Assembly: GCA_963764035.1 (NCBI GenBank)
Contig: CAVXQV010000004.1
Coordinates: 157,340-221,339 of the forward strand
Direction of reading: 5' to 3'
Source: an uncultured Verrucomicrobiae bacterium
GTDB lineage: Bacteria > Verrucomicrobiota > Verrucomicrobiia > Limisphaerales > UBA11358
DNA: 64,000 nt
The notes beneath the pieces were generated by a model, which did no database searches, had not been told where the DNA came from, and worked only from the letters and a program-made list of their open reading frames with translations. Shown piece after piece: positions 8,309-17,902 of this stretch; position 1 is the first letter of the stretch, and every line of letters starts with the position of its first letter. A program made the position numbers and the translations under genes.

Positions 8309-9706
8309 CTATTGCCCGGCGTAGAACGCTTCCACCTTGGCGGAGACGTCCTTGTAGCCGGCGTCCTGTTCGTAAATCTGTTTGTATTGTTCGAGGGCGT
8401 CCTCCTTCTTGCCCATGCTTTCGAGCACGGTGCCGAGGTTGTAAATGAGGTCCTTTTTCTCCTCGTCGAAGGTGGGCTTTTCCTTGATGGCTTCCTGGAG
8501 CGTGCGCGCGGCCATGTCGAACATCTTGCGCTTGGCGAAGCATTGCGCCAGATAGCTCATCGCGCCGAGGCGCTTGTAGGGGTTGCCCTTCGCCTTCTGG
8601 AATTCCTGGATGGCCTCGGTGATCTTGCCGATCTGGAAATAGAGCGCGCCCATCTCGTAGCGGATGGCGAGGTCGGTGGGGTATTTCTCCACGCGCTTCT
8701 GGCATTCGGTCACTTGGTAGGCGAGCTTGTCGGCCTTGAGCTTCTCCACCTGCGCGGCGTGCTCGGGATCGAACGGGTTGAGCTGCTCCAACTGGGAGTC
8801 GAACCGCTTGACGATCGTGTGGGCGATGGCCTGGTCCAGCGACGGGTCGTTGCCCATGTCGGAGGCCTTGACGCGGTCGTAGAGGGAGAGGGCGCGGTCG
8901 AACTGTTTTTTCTGCGTGTAAAGTTCGGCCAGGGACCGGACGAGCTTGAAGTTGTTCGGCTCGGTTTTCAGGCGCGCCTCGTATTCGGCGAGGAGGCGCT
9001 CGACGTTGTCCTCGGATTTCTGGACGCGTTTTTCCTGCTCGAGCGAGGCGGCCTCCTTCTTGTCCTTCAGGATGTCGCGATAGGAGCCGCTGCCGTCGGC
9101 GAGCGCGGAGTAACCGCCCTCGTCCATCGTCTTGCGCGCGGACAAATCCTTGAGCGCGGTCCGCAAATCGCCGTCGCCGGGCAGCTCGCGCATCAGGTCC
9201 ATCAAAATCTTCTCCGCGCGGGAGGCCTCGCCGATGGCGGCGCAGGCTTGGGCGAACTCGATGACCAGTTGCTTGTCCTTGGGCGAATTTTTGACGAGGG
9301 TTTCGTAGGACAGCGCGACCGTGCGGGGCAGTTCCAGCGCGTTGCCGGCGTCCACGATGAGGCGGTGGGCGGTGGCGCTGTTCGGGTCGCCGTTCAGCAT
9401 CTGCTCGGCAATCGCCATCGCCTCGGCGGGGTTTTTGCCCATCGCCATGCGGGCCTTGGCTTCCTGCGGAGAGGAGCCGGCGCGGCTCAACATTTTTTTG
9501 AAGAAGCCCGTCCCGCCCTCGCCGGCCTTGCGGAATTGCGCGTCGCGCAGCGCCCTGCGGCATTCGTAAAAAGCCGGCTCCAGTTCCAGCGCCTGGTTCA
9601 GCAGCGTGATGGCGTAATCGAGGTTTTCACGCGACAGTGCATCCGAGCCGCGCGTGAACAGCACGCGCGCGTCCCGGGAGATTTCATTCAGGTTTTTTTC
9701 AGCCAT
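8309..9706 (-). CDS. TPR-repeat protein
   Basis: 465-aa helical ORF with recurring 34-aa TPR-like units, for example YAITLLNQALELEPAFYECRRAL, MGALYFQIGKITEAIQEFQKA, YNLGTVLESMGKKEDALEQYKQIYE. Confidence 0.85.
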   Translation of the reverse strand: MAEKNLNEISRDARVLFTRGSDALSRENLDYAITLLNQALELEPAFYECRRALRDAQFRKAGEGGTGFFKKMLSRAGSSPQEAKARMAMGKNPAEAMAIAEQMLNGDPNSATAHRLIVDAGNALELPRTVALSYETLVKNSPKDKQLVIEFAQACAAIGEASRAEKILMDLMRELPGDGDLRTALKDLSARKTMDEGGYSALADGSGSYRDILKDKKEAASLEQEKRVQKSEDNVERLLAEYEARLKTEPNNFKLVRSLAELYTQKKQFDRALSLYDRVKASDMGNDPSLDQAIAHTIVKRFDSQLEQLNPFDPEHAAQVEKLKADKLAYQVTECQKRVEKYPTDLAIRYEMGALYFQIGKITEAIQEFQKAKGNPYKRLGAMSYLAQCFAKRKMFDMAARTLQEAIKEKPTFDEEKKDLIYNLGTVLESMGKKEDALEQYKQIYEQDAGYKDVSAKVEAFYAGQ

Positions 9707-9742
9707 AAAATTAAAAATAAGCTCGCCGCGGACGTTGAAAAA

Positions 9743-10822
9743 TCAAGCGCACTGTGCCTTATGCCGCAGGGCGTGGTCAATCAAAACCAGCGCGGTCATC
9801 GCCTCCACCATCGGCACGGCGCGCGGCAGCACGCACGGGTCGTGCCGGCCGCGGCCCTTGAGCGTCGTGTTTTGCAATTTCACGTCCACCGTGTCCTGCT
9901 CGTGCATCACCGTTGCCACCGGCTTGAACGCCGTGCGGAAGAAAATCGTCTGGCCGTTCGAGATGCCGCCCTGGATGCCGCCGGAGCGGTTCATTGTGGT
10001 GAAGACCTTTCTGTCCCGCGCTCGGAACGGGTCGTTGTGCTGCCGGCCCGTGAGCAAAATGCCGCCGAAGCCGGAGCCGACCTCGAACGCCTTCGACGCG
10101 GGCAGACTCAACATCGCCTTGGCCAAATCCGCTTCGAGCTTGTCGAACACAGGCTCGCCCCAGCCCGCCGGCACGCCGCGCGCCACGCCTTCGACGATGC
10201 CGCCGACGGTGTCGCCCGCGTTCCGTATCTTTTTGATGAGCCGGATCATTTTCGCCGCTGCATCGGCGTCCGGGCAGCGGACGATGTTGGATTCGATGTC
10301 GCCGAACTTGACCTTGTCCGGGTCCACGTCGCCGATGATTTTCTGCACCTGCTTGACGTAGGCGAGGATTTCGACGCCGAATTTCTCGCGCAGAATCTTT
10401 TTCGCAATCGCGCCGGCGGCAACGCGACCAACCGTCTCGCGAGCGCTGGCGCGGCCGCCGCCCGGCCAGGCGCGGATGCCGTATTTGGCGAAATAGGTGA
10501 AGTCCGCGTGCGACGGGCGGAATTTGTCCTTCATTTCGTTGTAAGCCTCGGACCGGGCATCCTCGTTCTTGACCCAGAGGCAAATCGGCGTCCCGAGGGT
10601 TTTGCCCTCGAATGTGCCGGAAAGGATTTGCACCGTGTCGGATTCCTTGCGCGGCGTGACGATTTTGGACTGGCCGGGCCGGCGCCGGTCCAAATCCGGC
10701 TGGAGGTCCGCCTCGGTGAGCTTGAGGCGCGGCGGGCAGCCGTCCACGACCACGCCCACGCCGCCGCCGTGGGATTCGCCCCACGTCGTAATGCGGAACA
10801 GTTGCCCGAAGGTGCTGGCCAT
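9743..10822 (-). CDS. aroC: Chorismate synthase
   Basis: [31 protein letters not shown]..., [18 protein letters not shown]. Full length at 359 aa. Confidence 0.95.
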   Translation of the reverse strand: MASTFGQLFRITTWGESHGGGVGVVVDGCPPRLKLTEADLQPDLDRRRPGQSKIVTPRKESDTVQILSGTFEGKTLGTPICLWVKNEDARSEAYNEMKDKFRPSHADFTYFAKYGIRAWPGGGRASARETVGRVAAGAIAKKILREKFGVEILAYVKQVQKIIGDVDPDKVKFGDIESNIVRCPDADAAAKMIRLIKKIRNAGDTVGGIVEGVARGVPAGWGEPVFDKLEADLAKAMLSLPASKAFEVGSGFGGILLTGRQHNDPFRARDRKVFTTMNRSGGIQGGISNGQTIFFRTAFKPVATVMHEQDTVDVKLQNTTLKGRGRHDPCVLPRAVPMVEAMTALVLIDHALRHKAQCA

Positions 10823-10934
10823 GCTTTGATTGTAGGAGCCGAGGTAACGAGGCTCAAATCAAAAAATCAAGACTCCTACGTCGTCTCCTACAAACCGCTT
10901 GAAACTTCAAACCTGAAACCTGAAACTGCCGCGA

Positions 10935-11735
10935 ATGAATCGTATTGAGGAACGCTTCGGGCAATTGCGGCGCGATGGCAAAAAAGCCTTCATCGTCTAT
11001 ATCGGCGCCGGCGACCCGAACCTGACCGCCACGCGCGAACTGGCTTTGGCCTTCGACAGGGCGGGCGTGGACATTCTGGAACTCGGCGTGCCGTCCAGCG
11101 ATCCGCTGGCTGACGGCTTGGTAAACCAGCTTGCTGCACAACGTGGACTTGAGTCAGGCACCACTCCGCCGAAACTGCTGAAAACCGTTTCGGAGATTCG
11201 CCGCGAGTCGCAAATCCCGATTGTCCTCTACGTTTATTTCAATCTCATCCACCGCGTGGGCATGGAGAAATTCATCGCCGCCGGGGCCAAGGCCGGCGTG
11301 GACGGCTTGCTCGTCCTGGATTTACCGCCGGAGGAATCGGACAATTACGAGGCGCTGATGAAGCAGGTTGGGCTATGTCACATTTACCTCGTTGCGCCGA
11401 TGACGCCGGAGGACCGCATGGAACTCATCGTCCGGCGCGGCAGCGGGTTCATTTATTACATCTCGCGCGAGGGCGTGACAGGAATGCAATCGAAGGTCGC
11501 GTCGAACCTCGCGTCGCAGGTTGCCAAAATCCGCGCGCATACGGAGCTGCCCATCGCCGTCGGTTTCGGTATCTCGAATCCCGCGCAGGCGAAGGCCGTG
11601 GCGGCGGACGCAGACGGCTGCGTGGTCGGCAGCGCGGTGGTGAACCAGATTGCCCAGCACGGCAAATCGAAGACGCTGGTGAGGCACGTCGGCAAATTCG
11701 TGAAATCACTGGCCGACGCGGTGAAATCAATTTAG
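10935..11735 (+). CDS. trpA: Tryptophan synthase alpha chain
   Basis: FIVYIGAGDPNLTATRELALAFDRAGVDILELGVPSSDPLADG... and ISREGVTGMQ...LPIAVGFGIS. 266 aa. Confidence 0.93.
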   Translation: MNRIEERFGQLRRDGKKAFIVYIGAGDPNLTATRELALAFDRAGVDILELGVPSSDPLADGLVNQLAAQRGLESGTTPPKLLKTVSEIRRESQIPIVLYVYFNLIHRVGMEKFIAAGAKAGVDGLLVLDLPPEESDNYEALMKQVGLCHIYLVAPMTPEDRMELIVRRGSGFIYYISREGVTGMQSKVASNLASQVAKIRAHTELPIAVGFGISNPAQAKAVAADADGCVVGSAVVNQIAQHGKSKTLVRHVGKFVKSLADAVKSI

Positions 11736-11737
11736 GC

Positions 11738-11787
11738 CACAGATGGACACAGATTCTTACAAATTAAATATCTGTGTTTCATCTGTG
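11738..11787. repeat. Palindromic intergenic repeat / terminator-like hairpin directly after trpA
   Basis: Arms CACAGATGGACACAGAT (11738-11754) and ATCTGTGTTTCATCTGTG (11770-11787). Related CACGGATGAACACGGATTTTCACG motifs occur at 24932-24958 and 23567-23592. Confidence 0.5.
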
Positions 11788-11809
11788 ACAGTCTGCGGCT
11801 GAATTTTTT

Positions 11810-12946
11810 ATGAGCGCAAAAGTTAAATCTGACTCCAAAGACCGGTTCGTCATCATCATGGCCGGAGGGCGCGGGGAGCGTTTCTGGCCGTTGAGCCGCG
11901 AGAAGATGCCCAAACAATTGCTGTCACTGCTCGGCAAGAAATCCTTTCTGCAAGAGGCCGTCGGGCGCGTGCTGTCTCTCGTGCCGGCGAAAAACATTTT
12001 TGTCATCACCAATGAGGCGCAATTGCCGGAAGTCAAAAAGCAGTTGCCGAAAATCCCCAAGGCCAATCTCATTGCCGAGCCGATTGGGCGCGACACCGCC
12101 GCCGCAGTAACGCTGGGTGCGGCGCTGGTGGGGGCGCGCTCGACGACCGGCATCATGGCGGTGCTGCCCGCCGACCATGTCATCCCCGACGAGAAGAAAT
12201 TCCAGCAGGTGTTGAGCGACGCGTTCGATGTCGCCGCGCAAGGGCAGGCGATTGTGACCATCGGCATCAAACCGACCGAGCCGGCGACGGGCTACGGCTA
12301 CATCCACGTCGGACAGGAATTGCCCACGCCGCCCGGTGCGAAAAGAACCAAGACGGCCTTTTTCAAGGCGGAACGGTTCGTGGAGAAACCGAATTTCGAG
12401 ACGGCGCTGGAATACGTCAACAGCGGTCAGTATCGCTGGAATGCTGGCATGTTCGTCTGGAGTTTCGTCACCATCACGAATGGATTGCAGGCGCATCAGC
12501 CGGAAATGTTCACCGCGTGCCAGCGCTGGTTCAAGGTGGCGAACAACCCCGCCAAGCTCGCCAAAGTCCTGGCGCAGGAATATCCCGGCATCAAAAAAAT
12601 CTCGATTGATTTCGCGCTGATGGAGAAGGCGCAGAACGTCATCGTGGCCGACGGCGCATTCGAGTGGGACGACCTTGGTGCATTGCCGGCGCTGGCGCGG
12701 CATTTGAAACAGGACGCAGAGGGCAACGCCGCCGTGGCGGAGTTCATCCACGTGGACGGCGCGCGGAACATCATTTACGACGCGCGGACGAAGAACCGGA
12801 CGCCCATTGCGGTGGTCGGCCTGCGCGACGCGATTCTGGTGCAGACGGACGACGCGGTGCTGCTGGCGCACAAGAGTCAGGCGCAAAAGGTCAAGGAGCT
12901 GGTCAGGCGAATGGGCGAAGACGCGAGGTTGAAGAAGCTCGTTTAG
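11810..12946 (+). CDS. Mannose-1-phosphate guanylyltransferase (nucleotidyltransferase type, no isomerase domain)
   Basis: N-terminal FVIIMAGGRGERFWPLSREKMPKQLL G-rich loop, plus YGYIHVG, RFVEKP and NAGMFVW motifs. 378 aa. Confidence 0.85.
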   Translation: MSAKVKSDSKDRFVIIMAGGRGERFWPLSREKMPKQLLSLLGKKSFLQEAVGRVLSLVPAKNIFVITNEAQLPEVKKQLPKIPKANLIAEPIGRDTAAAVTLGAALVGARSTTGIMAVLPADHVIPDEKKFQQVLSDAFDVAAQGQAIVTIGIKPTEPATGYGYIHVGQELPTPPGAKRTKTAFFKAERFVEKPNFETALEYVNSGQYRWNAGMFVWSFVTITNGLQAHQPEMFTACQRWFKVANNPAKLAKVLAQEYPGIKKISIDFALMEKAQNVIVADGAFEWDDLGALPALARHLKQDAEGNAAVAEFIHVDGARNIIYDARTKNRTPIAVVGLRDAILVQTDDAVLLAHKSQAQKVKELVRRMGEDARLKKLV

Positions 12947-12985
12947 CCTTGAGTCGGGCGGAATCTGGCGGAAGATAACCGCGCC

Positions 12986-14164
12986 ATGTCCAGCGAGAAT
13001 TTCTTTGCGGATTTGCCGGCGCTCACCAGCTTCGAAGCTGTCCTCGACAGCCAGAATTATCATCCGCTGCCTGATGATTGGATGATTTATGTGGCGGACG
13101 TGCGCAATTCCACCGAAGCCATCCGGCGCGGGCTATATCGCGCCGTGAACATGGTTGGCGCCGCCTGCATCACCGCGGTGTTGAACCGTTGTCCCGGCAT
13201 GGCGCTGCCATTTGTGTTCGGCGGCGACGGCACGACCCTCGCTTCGCCCGCCACCCTCGCGCCGCAGATATCACGTGAGTTGGAGGGCGTCGCGGCGATG
13301 GCGAAAAAGCAATTCGCGCTGGAATTAAGGATTGGTCGCATCCCGATCAGCGAATTGCGAGCTTCGGGGTTCACCGTGCTGGTGGCCAAATACCGCATGG
13401 CTGAATCAAACCATCTGGCGATGCTGGGCGGGAATGGTCTCATGGAAGCCGAGCGCAGAATCAAAACGCCCGGCAGCGCCTATTTGATTTTGTCGGAAGA
13501 GCCGGCGCCCGACGCGGATGTCAGTGGGCTTTCCTGCCGCTGGGAGCCATTGCAGTCCGCGCACGGCGAGATTTTGACCTTGCTGGTCCAGTCGCGTTTG
13601 ACCGGGGCGGAGGCGGACCGTTATTACCGGCAATTCTACTCGCGCTTGCTGGAATTGACGGGCCTGACGGATGACAAATTGAATCCGGTAAAACCGTCGG
13701 CCCTGCACACCCGCTGGCCGCCAAAAACCTTGAACCTCGAATCCCGCACCCACGCCGGAAGCGGCGATTGGGGTTCACGTCTCTGGGCGACGTTGCGCAT
13801 ACTGGCCCATTCTCTCGGCGGCGCGTTTGTTTTCAATACGGGCATTGCCACGCCATGGTTTGACCCGAACCGTTACAAGCAAGCCTCGATTCCCCGGTCG
13901 GATTTCCGAAAATTCGACGGTCTGCTGCGGATGGTCATTGACGTTCCCGGCGGTAAAATCCCCGCCATCATTGAATTCCTCGACGGCGAACATCGCCGGG
14001 GCGCCATCTTCTACGGGACGCATCGCTCGGACAGCGCGCTGATGACTTGTGTGGTGTTTTCCCTCAAACGCGACAGCCACGTTCATTTCATTGACGGCAA
14101 CGACGGCGGCTACGCCCTGGCGGCCTTGCAGTTCAAACAGCAGTTAAAAGCCGCTGGGATTTGA
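12986..14164 (+). CDS. DUF3095-like protein (function unknown)
   Basis: 392-aa ORF. The N-terminal pattern FFADLPALTSFEAVLDSQNYHPLPDDWMIYVADVRNSTEAIRRGLYRAVNMVGAACI...FVFGGDGTT matches my recollection of the DUF3095 family. The family assignment was not verified. Confidence 0.6.
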   Translation: MSSENFFADLPALTSFEAVLDSQNYHPLPDDWMIYVADVRNSTEAIRRGLYRAVNMVGAACITAVLNRCPGMALPFVFGGDGTTLASPATLAPQISRELEGVAAMAKKQFALELRIGRIPISELRASGFTVLVAKYRMAESNHLAMLGGNGLMEAERRIKTPGSAYLILSEEPAPDADVSGLSCRWEPLQSAHGEILTLLVQSRLTGAEADRYYRQFYSRLLELTGLTDDKLNPVKPSALHTRWPPKTLNLESRTHAGSGDWGSRLWATLRILAHSLGGAFVFNTGIATPWFDPNRYKQASIPRSDFRKFDGLLRMVIDVPGGKIPAIIEFLDGEHRRGAIFYGTHRSDSALMTCVVFSLKRDSHVHFIDGNDGGYALAALQFKQQLKAAGI

Positions 14165-14249
14165 CGGGAGCGGGGTCTGATTTTGGCGACAACGGCTGAC
14201 CATTCTGAATTGACCGCGCGCTGGCAAGGTGAAAACATTGGCTACCTCT

Positions 14250-14771
14250 ATGAAGCAATTCAGCTTCCTTGCATTGGCCGTTTTGGCCCTGACGTTGGAG
14301 TCGGCTTGGGCGCAGCCAGGCAATCCGGCGAGTTGGAAAATCCTGGCGGAAGGCGGCGCGGCGGTGGAGCTGGCACCCGATACGGCGTCACCCGCGCCCG
14401 GCTGGCTGGGCACCAATACGCTGCGGATCACGGTCAATAAAACCGGGGAGCGCGTCGGCGTCGCATGCACCAACATGGGGCAAATGAAGCTGGCCACCGG
14501 CGACTGGTATGACTTTTCATTCAACGCGTGCTCCGACCCGCCCAAGACCTTTGCGCTGGTAGTTTCGCTGGAAAGCCTGGATGGGAAGAAAGTCCTCGCG
14601 CGAACGACGTTGCCCGAAGTCGGCGGCGACCAGTGGGGGCATTTCAGCGTTGCCCTGTATGTCCGCCAGCCGGCCTCAAAATGCCGGATGGTCATCGCGC
14701 TGGCAGACACGGGGACGCTCTGGCTGAATGACCTTTCGGTCGTTCTCCGCAATGCAACTGATACCCGTTGA
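14250..14771 (+). CDS. Secreted hypothetical protein, possibly a carbohydrate-binding beta-sandwich
   Basis: Signal peptide MKQFSFLALAVLALTLESAWAQ, followed by a beta-rich 150-aa body. It lies directly upstream of the GH43 gene. The function is a guess. Confidence 0.6.
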   Translation: MKQFSFLALAVLALTLESAWAQPGNPASWKILAEGGAAVELAPDTASPAPGWLGTNTLRITVNKTGERVGVACTNMGQMKLATGDWYDFSFNACSDPPKTFALVVSLESLDGKKVLARTTLPEVGGDQWGHFSVALYVRQPASKCRMVIALADTGTLWLNDLSVVLRNATDTR

Positions 14772-14828
14772 AACCAGTGCTGGATACAGTGCGTCATTAA
14801 TAATTAAACAGCCCGCTAATCCAAACCA

Positions 14829-15884
14829 ATGCAAAGAGTCTGGTGCAATCTTCTGGTCAGCGCCGCGGCGGCCACGGTGCTGGTGTCGTGTTCAGAATTG
14901 GGAAAGCCGTCCAAAACGCAAATAACCGCGCCGACGGCTGCGCGGCGTCCGTTGACGGCCGACGACATTGCTCCGTATGTCCGCAACGCGACGGTGCACG
15001 ACCCGTCCACGATCATCAAATGCAAGGATGAGTTCTGGGTTTTTTACACCGGCCGCGGCGTGCCGTCATGGCATTCCAAAGACCTGGCGACTTGGGAGCG
15101 CGGCCCAGGCGTGTTTACCAATGCGCCGCCGTGGGTGGCCAAAGCCGTGCCGGCCAACCGGGGCATGAATTACTGGGCGCCGGATGTGACCTTTTTCAAT
15201 GGCCGTTATCTGCTCTATTACTCGGCCTCGACGTTCGGGAAAAATGTCTCCGGCATCGGCCTGGCCATCGCGCGCACGCTCGACCCGAATGATCCCGCGT
15301 TCGGCTGGACCGACCAGGGACTGGTCATCGCCTCCACGGCGGCGGGCGATTTCAACGCGATTGATCCGGCGATTTTCCACGACAAGAACGGCTCGCTGTG
15401 GCTGACTTTCGGTTCTTTCTGGAGCGGCATCCGTATGATTCAACTGGATCCACGGACCGGGAAACGCATCGCGCCGGATTCGCCGGTGTATTATCTGGCG
15501 CATTCCGATTCCATCGAGGCGTCGTATCTTTACCAGCACGACGGCTATTATTTTCTGTTCGTGAATTGGGGCATGTGCTGCCGGGGCGCCAACAGCACCT
15601 ACAACATCCGCGTCGGGCGCTCGAAAAAAGTCACCGGCCCGTATCTGGACCGGGAGGGGAAGGATCTGCTGCTCGGCGGCGGAACTTTGCTCCTGGATTC
15701 GACCAGGCCGTATATCGGTCCCGGACACGCGGGCATCATCGTGGACAATGGGACCAACTGGTTCAGTTGCCACTACGAGGCCGCCGCCGACGCCGGCAAT
15801 ACCGGGCGGCGCCGGGGCTCGCCACTAGCCGTAATGCCGATGCATTGGACGAAAGACAACTGGCCGGAAATCAGTTTGCAATGA
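14829..15884 (+). CDS. Glycoside hydrolase family 43 (endo-arabinanase-like)
   Basis: VHDPSTIIKCKDEFWVFYTG, YWAPDVTFFNGRYLLYYSAS, DFNAIDPAIFHDKNGSLWLTFGSFWSGI, IEASYLYQHDGYYFLF. These are the GH43 five-bladed propeller catalytic blocks. Confidence 0.9.
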   Translation: MQRVWCNLLVSAAAATVLVSCSELGKPSKTQITAPTAARRPLTADDIAPYVRNATVHDPSTIIKCKDEFWVFYTGRGVPSWHSKDLATWERGPGVFTNAPPWVAKAVPANRGMNYWAPDVTFFNGRYLLYYSASTFGKNVSGIGLAIARTLDPNDPAFGWTDQGLVIASTAAGDFNAIDPAIFHDKNGSLWLTFGSFWSGIRMIQLDPRTGKRIAPDSPVYYLAHSDSIEASYLYQHDGYYFLFVNWGMCCRGANSTYNIRVGRSKKVTGPYLDREGKDLLLGGGTLLLDSTRPYIGPGHAGIIVDNGTNWFSCHYEAAADAGNTGRRRGSPLAVMPMHWTKDNWPEISLQ

Positions 15885-15935
15885 GACGATGGATGCCGCA
15901 AGTGTTCAAATTGTGAAAGACATGAAGGAGAGAAA

Positions 15936-16064
15936 ATGAAACCCACATTGGCATTTATGTCTAGATTGTCAGATCACCCTTGGATTTTTCTTCTTTACCC
16001 GATTGGCGTGATTGTGGTGGTGTTGCTTTTAGCGTGGTGGCTTAACAGCCGAAACAATGATTGA
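15936..16064 (+). CDS. Possible 42-aa single-TM peptide
   Basis: The ATG is preceded by AAGGAGAGAAA (strong SD). Translation MKPTLAFMSRLSDHPWIFLLYPIGVIVVVLLLAWWLNSRNND. AT-richer than the surroundings and below the ORF-track cutoff. Confidence 0.3.
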   Translation: MKPTLAFMSRLSDHPWIFLLYPIGVIVVVLLLAWWLNSRNND

Positions 16065-16143
16065 ATTTCAAATTCGGACACTACCCACTACTTGGTTTCG
16101 TTGCCATTTGCGCGGAATGGTTTAGCTTGTCCGCCAGCAATCT

Positions 16144-17169
16144 ATGACGCGCTTCTACGAGCAACTAGCCGCCGCGCTGGACGAGAACCGGCCATTCGTG
16201 CTGGCGTTGATTTCCGGCACCAAAGGCTCCAGCCCGCAGCGCATCGGCGCCAAGGCGCTGTTCTTTCCCGACGGCAAAATGTCCGGCACGCTCGGCGGCG
16301 GCTGTCTCGAAGCCGAAGTCCATTCGCGCGCGAGAAAGGCGATGAAGACCGGCGAGTCCTCCACGTTTGACATGGTGCTCGACCACGATTTCGGCTGGGA
16401 CGACGGCCTGATCTGCGGCGGCAGCGTCAGCGGCCTGATTCTGCCGCACGCGGCGGAAGCGGCGGAACTCTGGCGCAAACTCGTCGCCGTCACCGAGCCA
16501 ATCCGTTGGGGCGTGAAAAAGGATTTCTCCGTCGCGCTGGTTTCTCCACCAGTCTCGCGTAGCGTAGCCGTCTCGGCTGCGGGTTGCGGCGGCGTCTCGC
16601 CGCCAGCTCAAACACCAGGCGGGACGCCGGGTGAACTCGCAGGCGAGGCCGCCTGCGCTACGCCGCATTGGCTTTACACGGAAACCGTCGCGCCGCCTTC
16701 GGATTTATGGATTGCCGGTTCGGGCCACGTCGCGCAGGCCGTCGCGCCGCTCGCGCTGCAACTGGATTTTGCCGTGACGGTTTTCGACGACCGGCCGGAA
16801 CTGGCGAACCACCAGTTTTTCCCGCCGGAAACAAAACTGCGCGTCGGCGGCTGGCATGAACTGCTGAAAATGCCGCTGCCGAAATCGCCGGCCTTCGGTC
16901 TCATCGTCACCCGCGGCCACCAGCACGACGCGCTGGTGCTGTCCGATTGGATCCGGTTGCCGTTTGCGTTTCTTGGCATGATTGGCAGCCGGCGCAAGGC
17001 GCGCATCATGCGCGAGAATTTCATCAAACAACAAATCGCCACGGCGGAGCACTTCGACAAAATCGCCTGTCCGGTCGGCGTGGACATTGGCGCGGTCGGC
17101 ACGCAGGAAATCGCCGTGAGCGTCATGGCGCAATTCATCCAAAAGCGGGCGGAGAAACGTGACGCGTGA
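16144..17169 (+). CDS. XdhC/CoxI-family molybdoenzyme maturation protein
   Basis: N-terminal FVLALISGTKGSSPQRIGAKALFFPDGKMSGTLGGGCLE, C-terminal Rossmann part LWIAGSGHVAQAVAPLA...GLIVTRGHQHD. Confidence 0.9.
   Translation: MTRFYEQLAAALDENRPFVLALISGTKGSSPQRIGAKALFFPDGKMSGTLGGGCLEAEVHSRARKAMKTGESSTFDMVLDHDFGWDDGLICGGSVSGLILPHAAEAAELWRKLVAVTEPIRWGVKKDFSVALVSPPVSRSVAVSAAGCGGVSPPAQTPGGTPGELAGEAACATPHWLYTETVAPPSDLWIAGSGHVAQAVAPLALQLDFAVTVFDDRPELANHQFFPPETKLRVGGWHELLKMPLPKSPAFGLIVTRGHQHDALVLSDWIRLPFAFLGMIGSRRKARIMRENFIKQQIATAEHFDKIACPVGVDIGAVGTQEIAVSVMAQFIQKRAEKRDA
16557..16663. repeat. GC-rich palindromic repeat-like segment embedded in the XdhC interdomain linker
   Basis: Termini GCGTAGCG (16557-16564) / CGCTACGC (16656-16663), with inner hairpin GGCGGCG-TCT-CGCCGCC. 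Translated as VAVSAAGCGGVSPPAQTPGGTPGELAGEAACAT between the two XdhC domains. Confidence 0.45.
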
Positions 17170-17213
17170 CAAGTGGCGGGTGACCCGAAGTCCCGTCACC
17201 CGTCACTCGTCAC

Positions 17214-17898
17214 ATGCCACTCGTGGAAAATCTCGGCGTCATCATCCTCGGCGCGGGAGCGTCGTCGCGGATGGGACGGCCCAAATTGCTGCTGTCCGTG
17301 GCGCGACACGACCGTCATCGGTCAGATCATCCGGCAATGGCGCGAGCTGGGCGCACGCCAAATCGCCGTCGTCCACCGGCCCAATGATGAAGAGCTGTTT
17401 GCCGAGATAAAGCGTGCCGATGGTGGGGCCGGCAGTCCTCTGCCCGTCGCGGAGCAAACGAATACCGGCGCGCCCGGAGTGACGCGCCCAACCAACACTT
17501 CTACGCATTTGATCCCCAATCCGCACCCGGAGCAGGGGATGTTCAGCTCCGTTGTGTGCGCGGCGAACTGGCCCGGCTGGGAAAAGGAGATTTCAAGCTG
17601 GGTCGTCGGTCTGGGGGATCAACCCCATTTGCAAACCGCCACGCTGCGGTTATTGTTGGAACTCGCAGCAAAAAATCCGGATGCCGTTTGCCAGCCGTTT
17701 TTTGGCGACCATGGCCGGCATCCGGTGATTTTGCCGCGACCGGCGTTTGTGCAGTTGCGGAACACGCGCGCCGGGACGCTGAAAGAATTTTTGAAACTTG
17801 TGGCGTGCCGGAGCGTCCAATGTGCGGTAAATGATTCCGGACTGTCGCTTGACTTGGACACGCCGGAGGATTACAACAGGGCGAAAGCCTCCATTTGA
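17214..17898 (+). pseudogene. MobA/MocA-like molybdenum cofactor nucleotidyltransferase, one frame interruption
   Basis: From ATG 17214 the frame reads MPLVENLGVIILGAGASSRMGRPKLLL. ORF 17173..17898 continues PWRDTTVIGQIIRQWRELGARQIAVV...NPHPEQGMFSSV. An extra base near 17295 separates the two. Confidence 0.75.
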
Positions 17899-17902
17899 TC
17901 GC

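Noticed and set aside
8312-10948. 878-aa plus-strand ORF spanning the TPR and aroC loci
   Set aside because: It is antisense to two genes with clear motifs. Its composition is Arg/Gly/Ala/Leu/Val-dominated with no recognisable domains. This is a typical stop-free shadow frame of GC-rich DNA.
11924-13063. 379-aa minus-strand ORF opposite the mannose-1-phosphate guanylyltransferase gene
   Set aside because: It is a shadow frame. The plus-strand gene has the diagnostic nucleotidyltransferase motifs.
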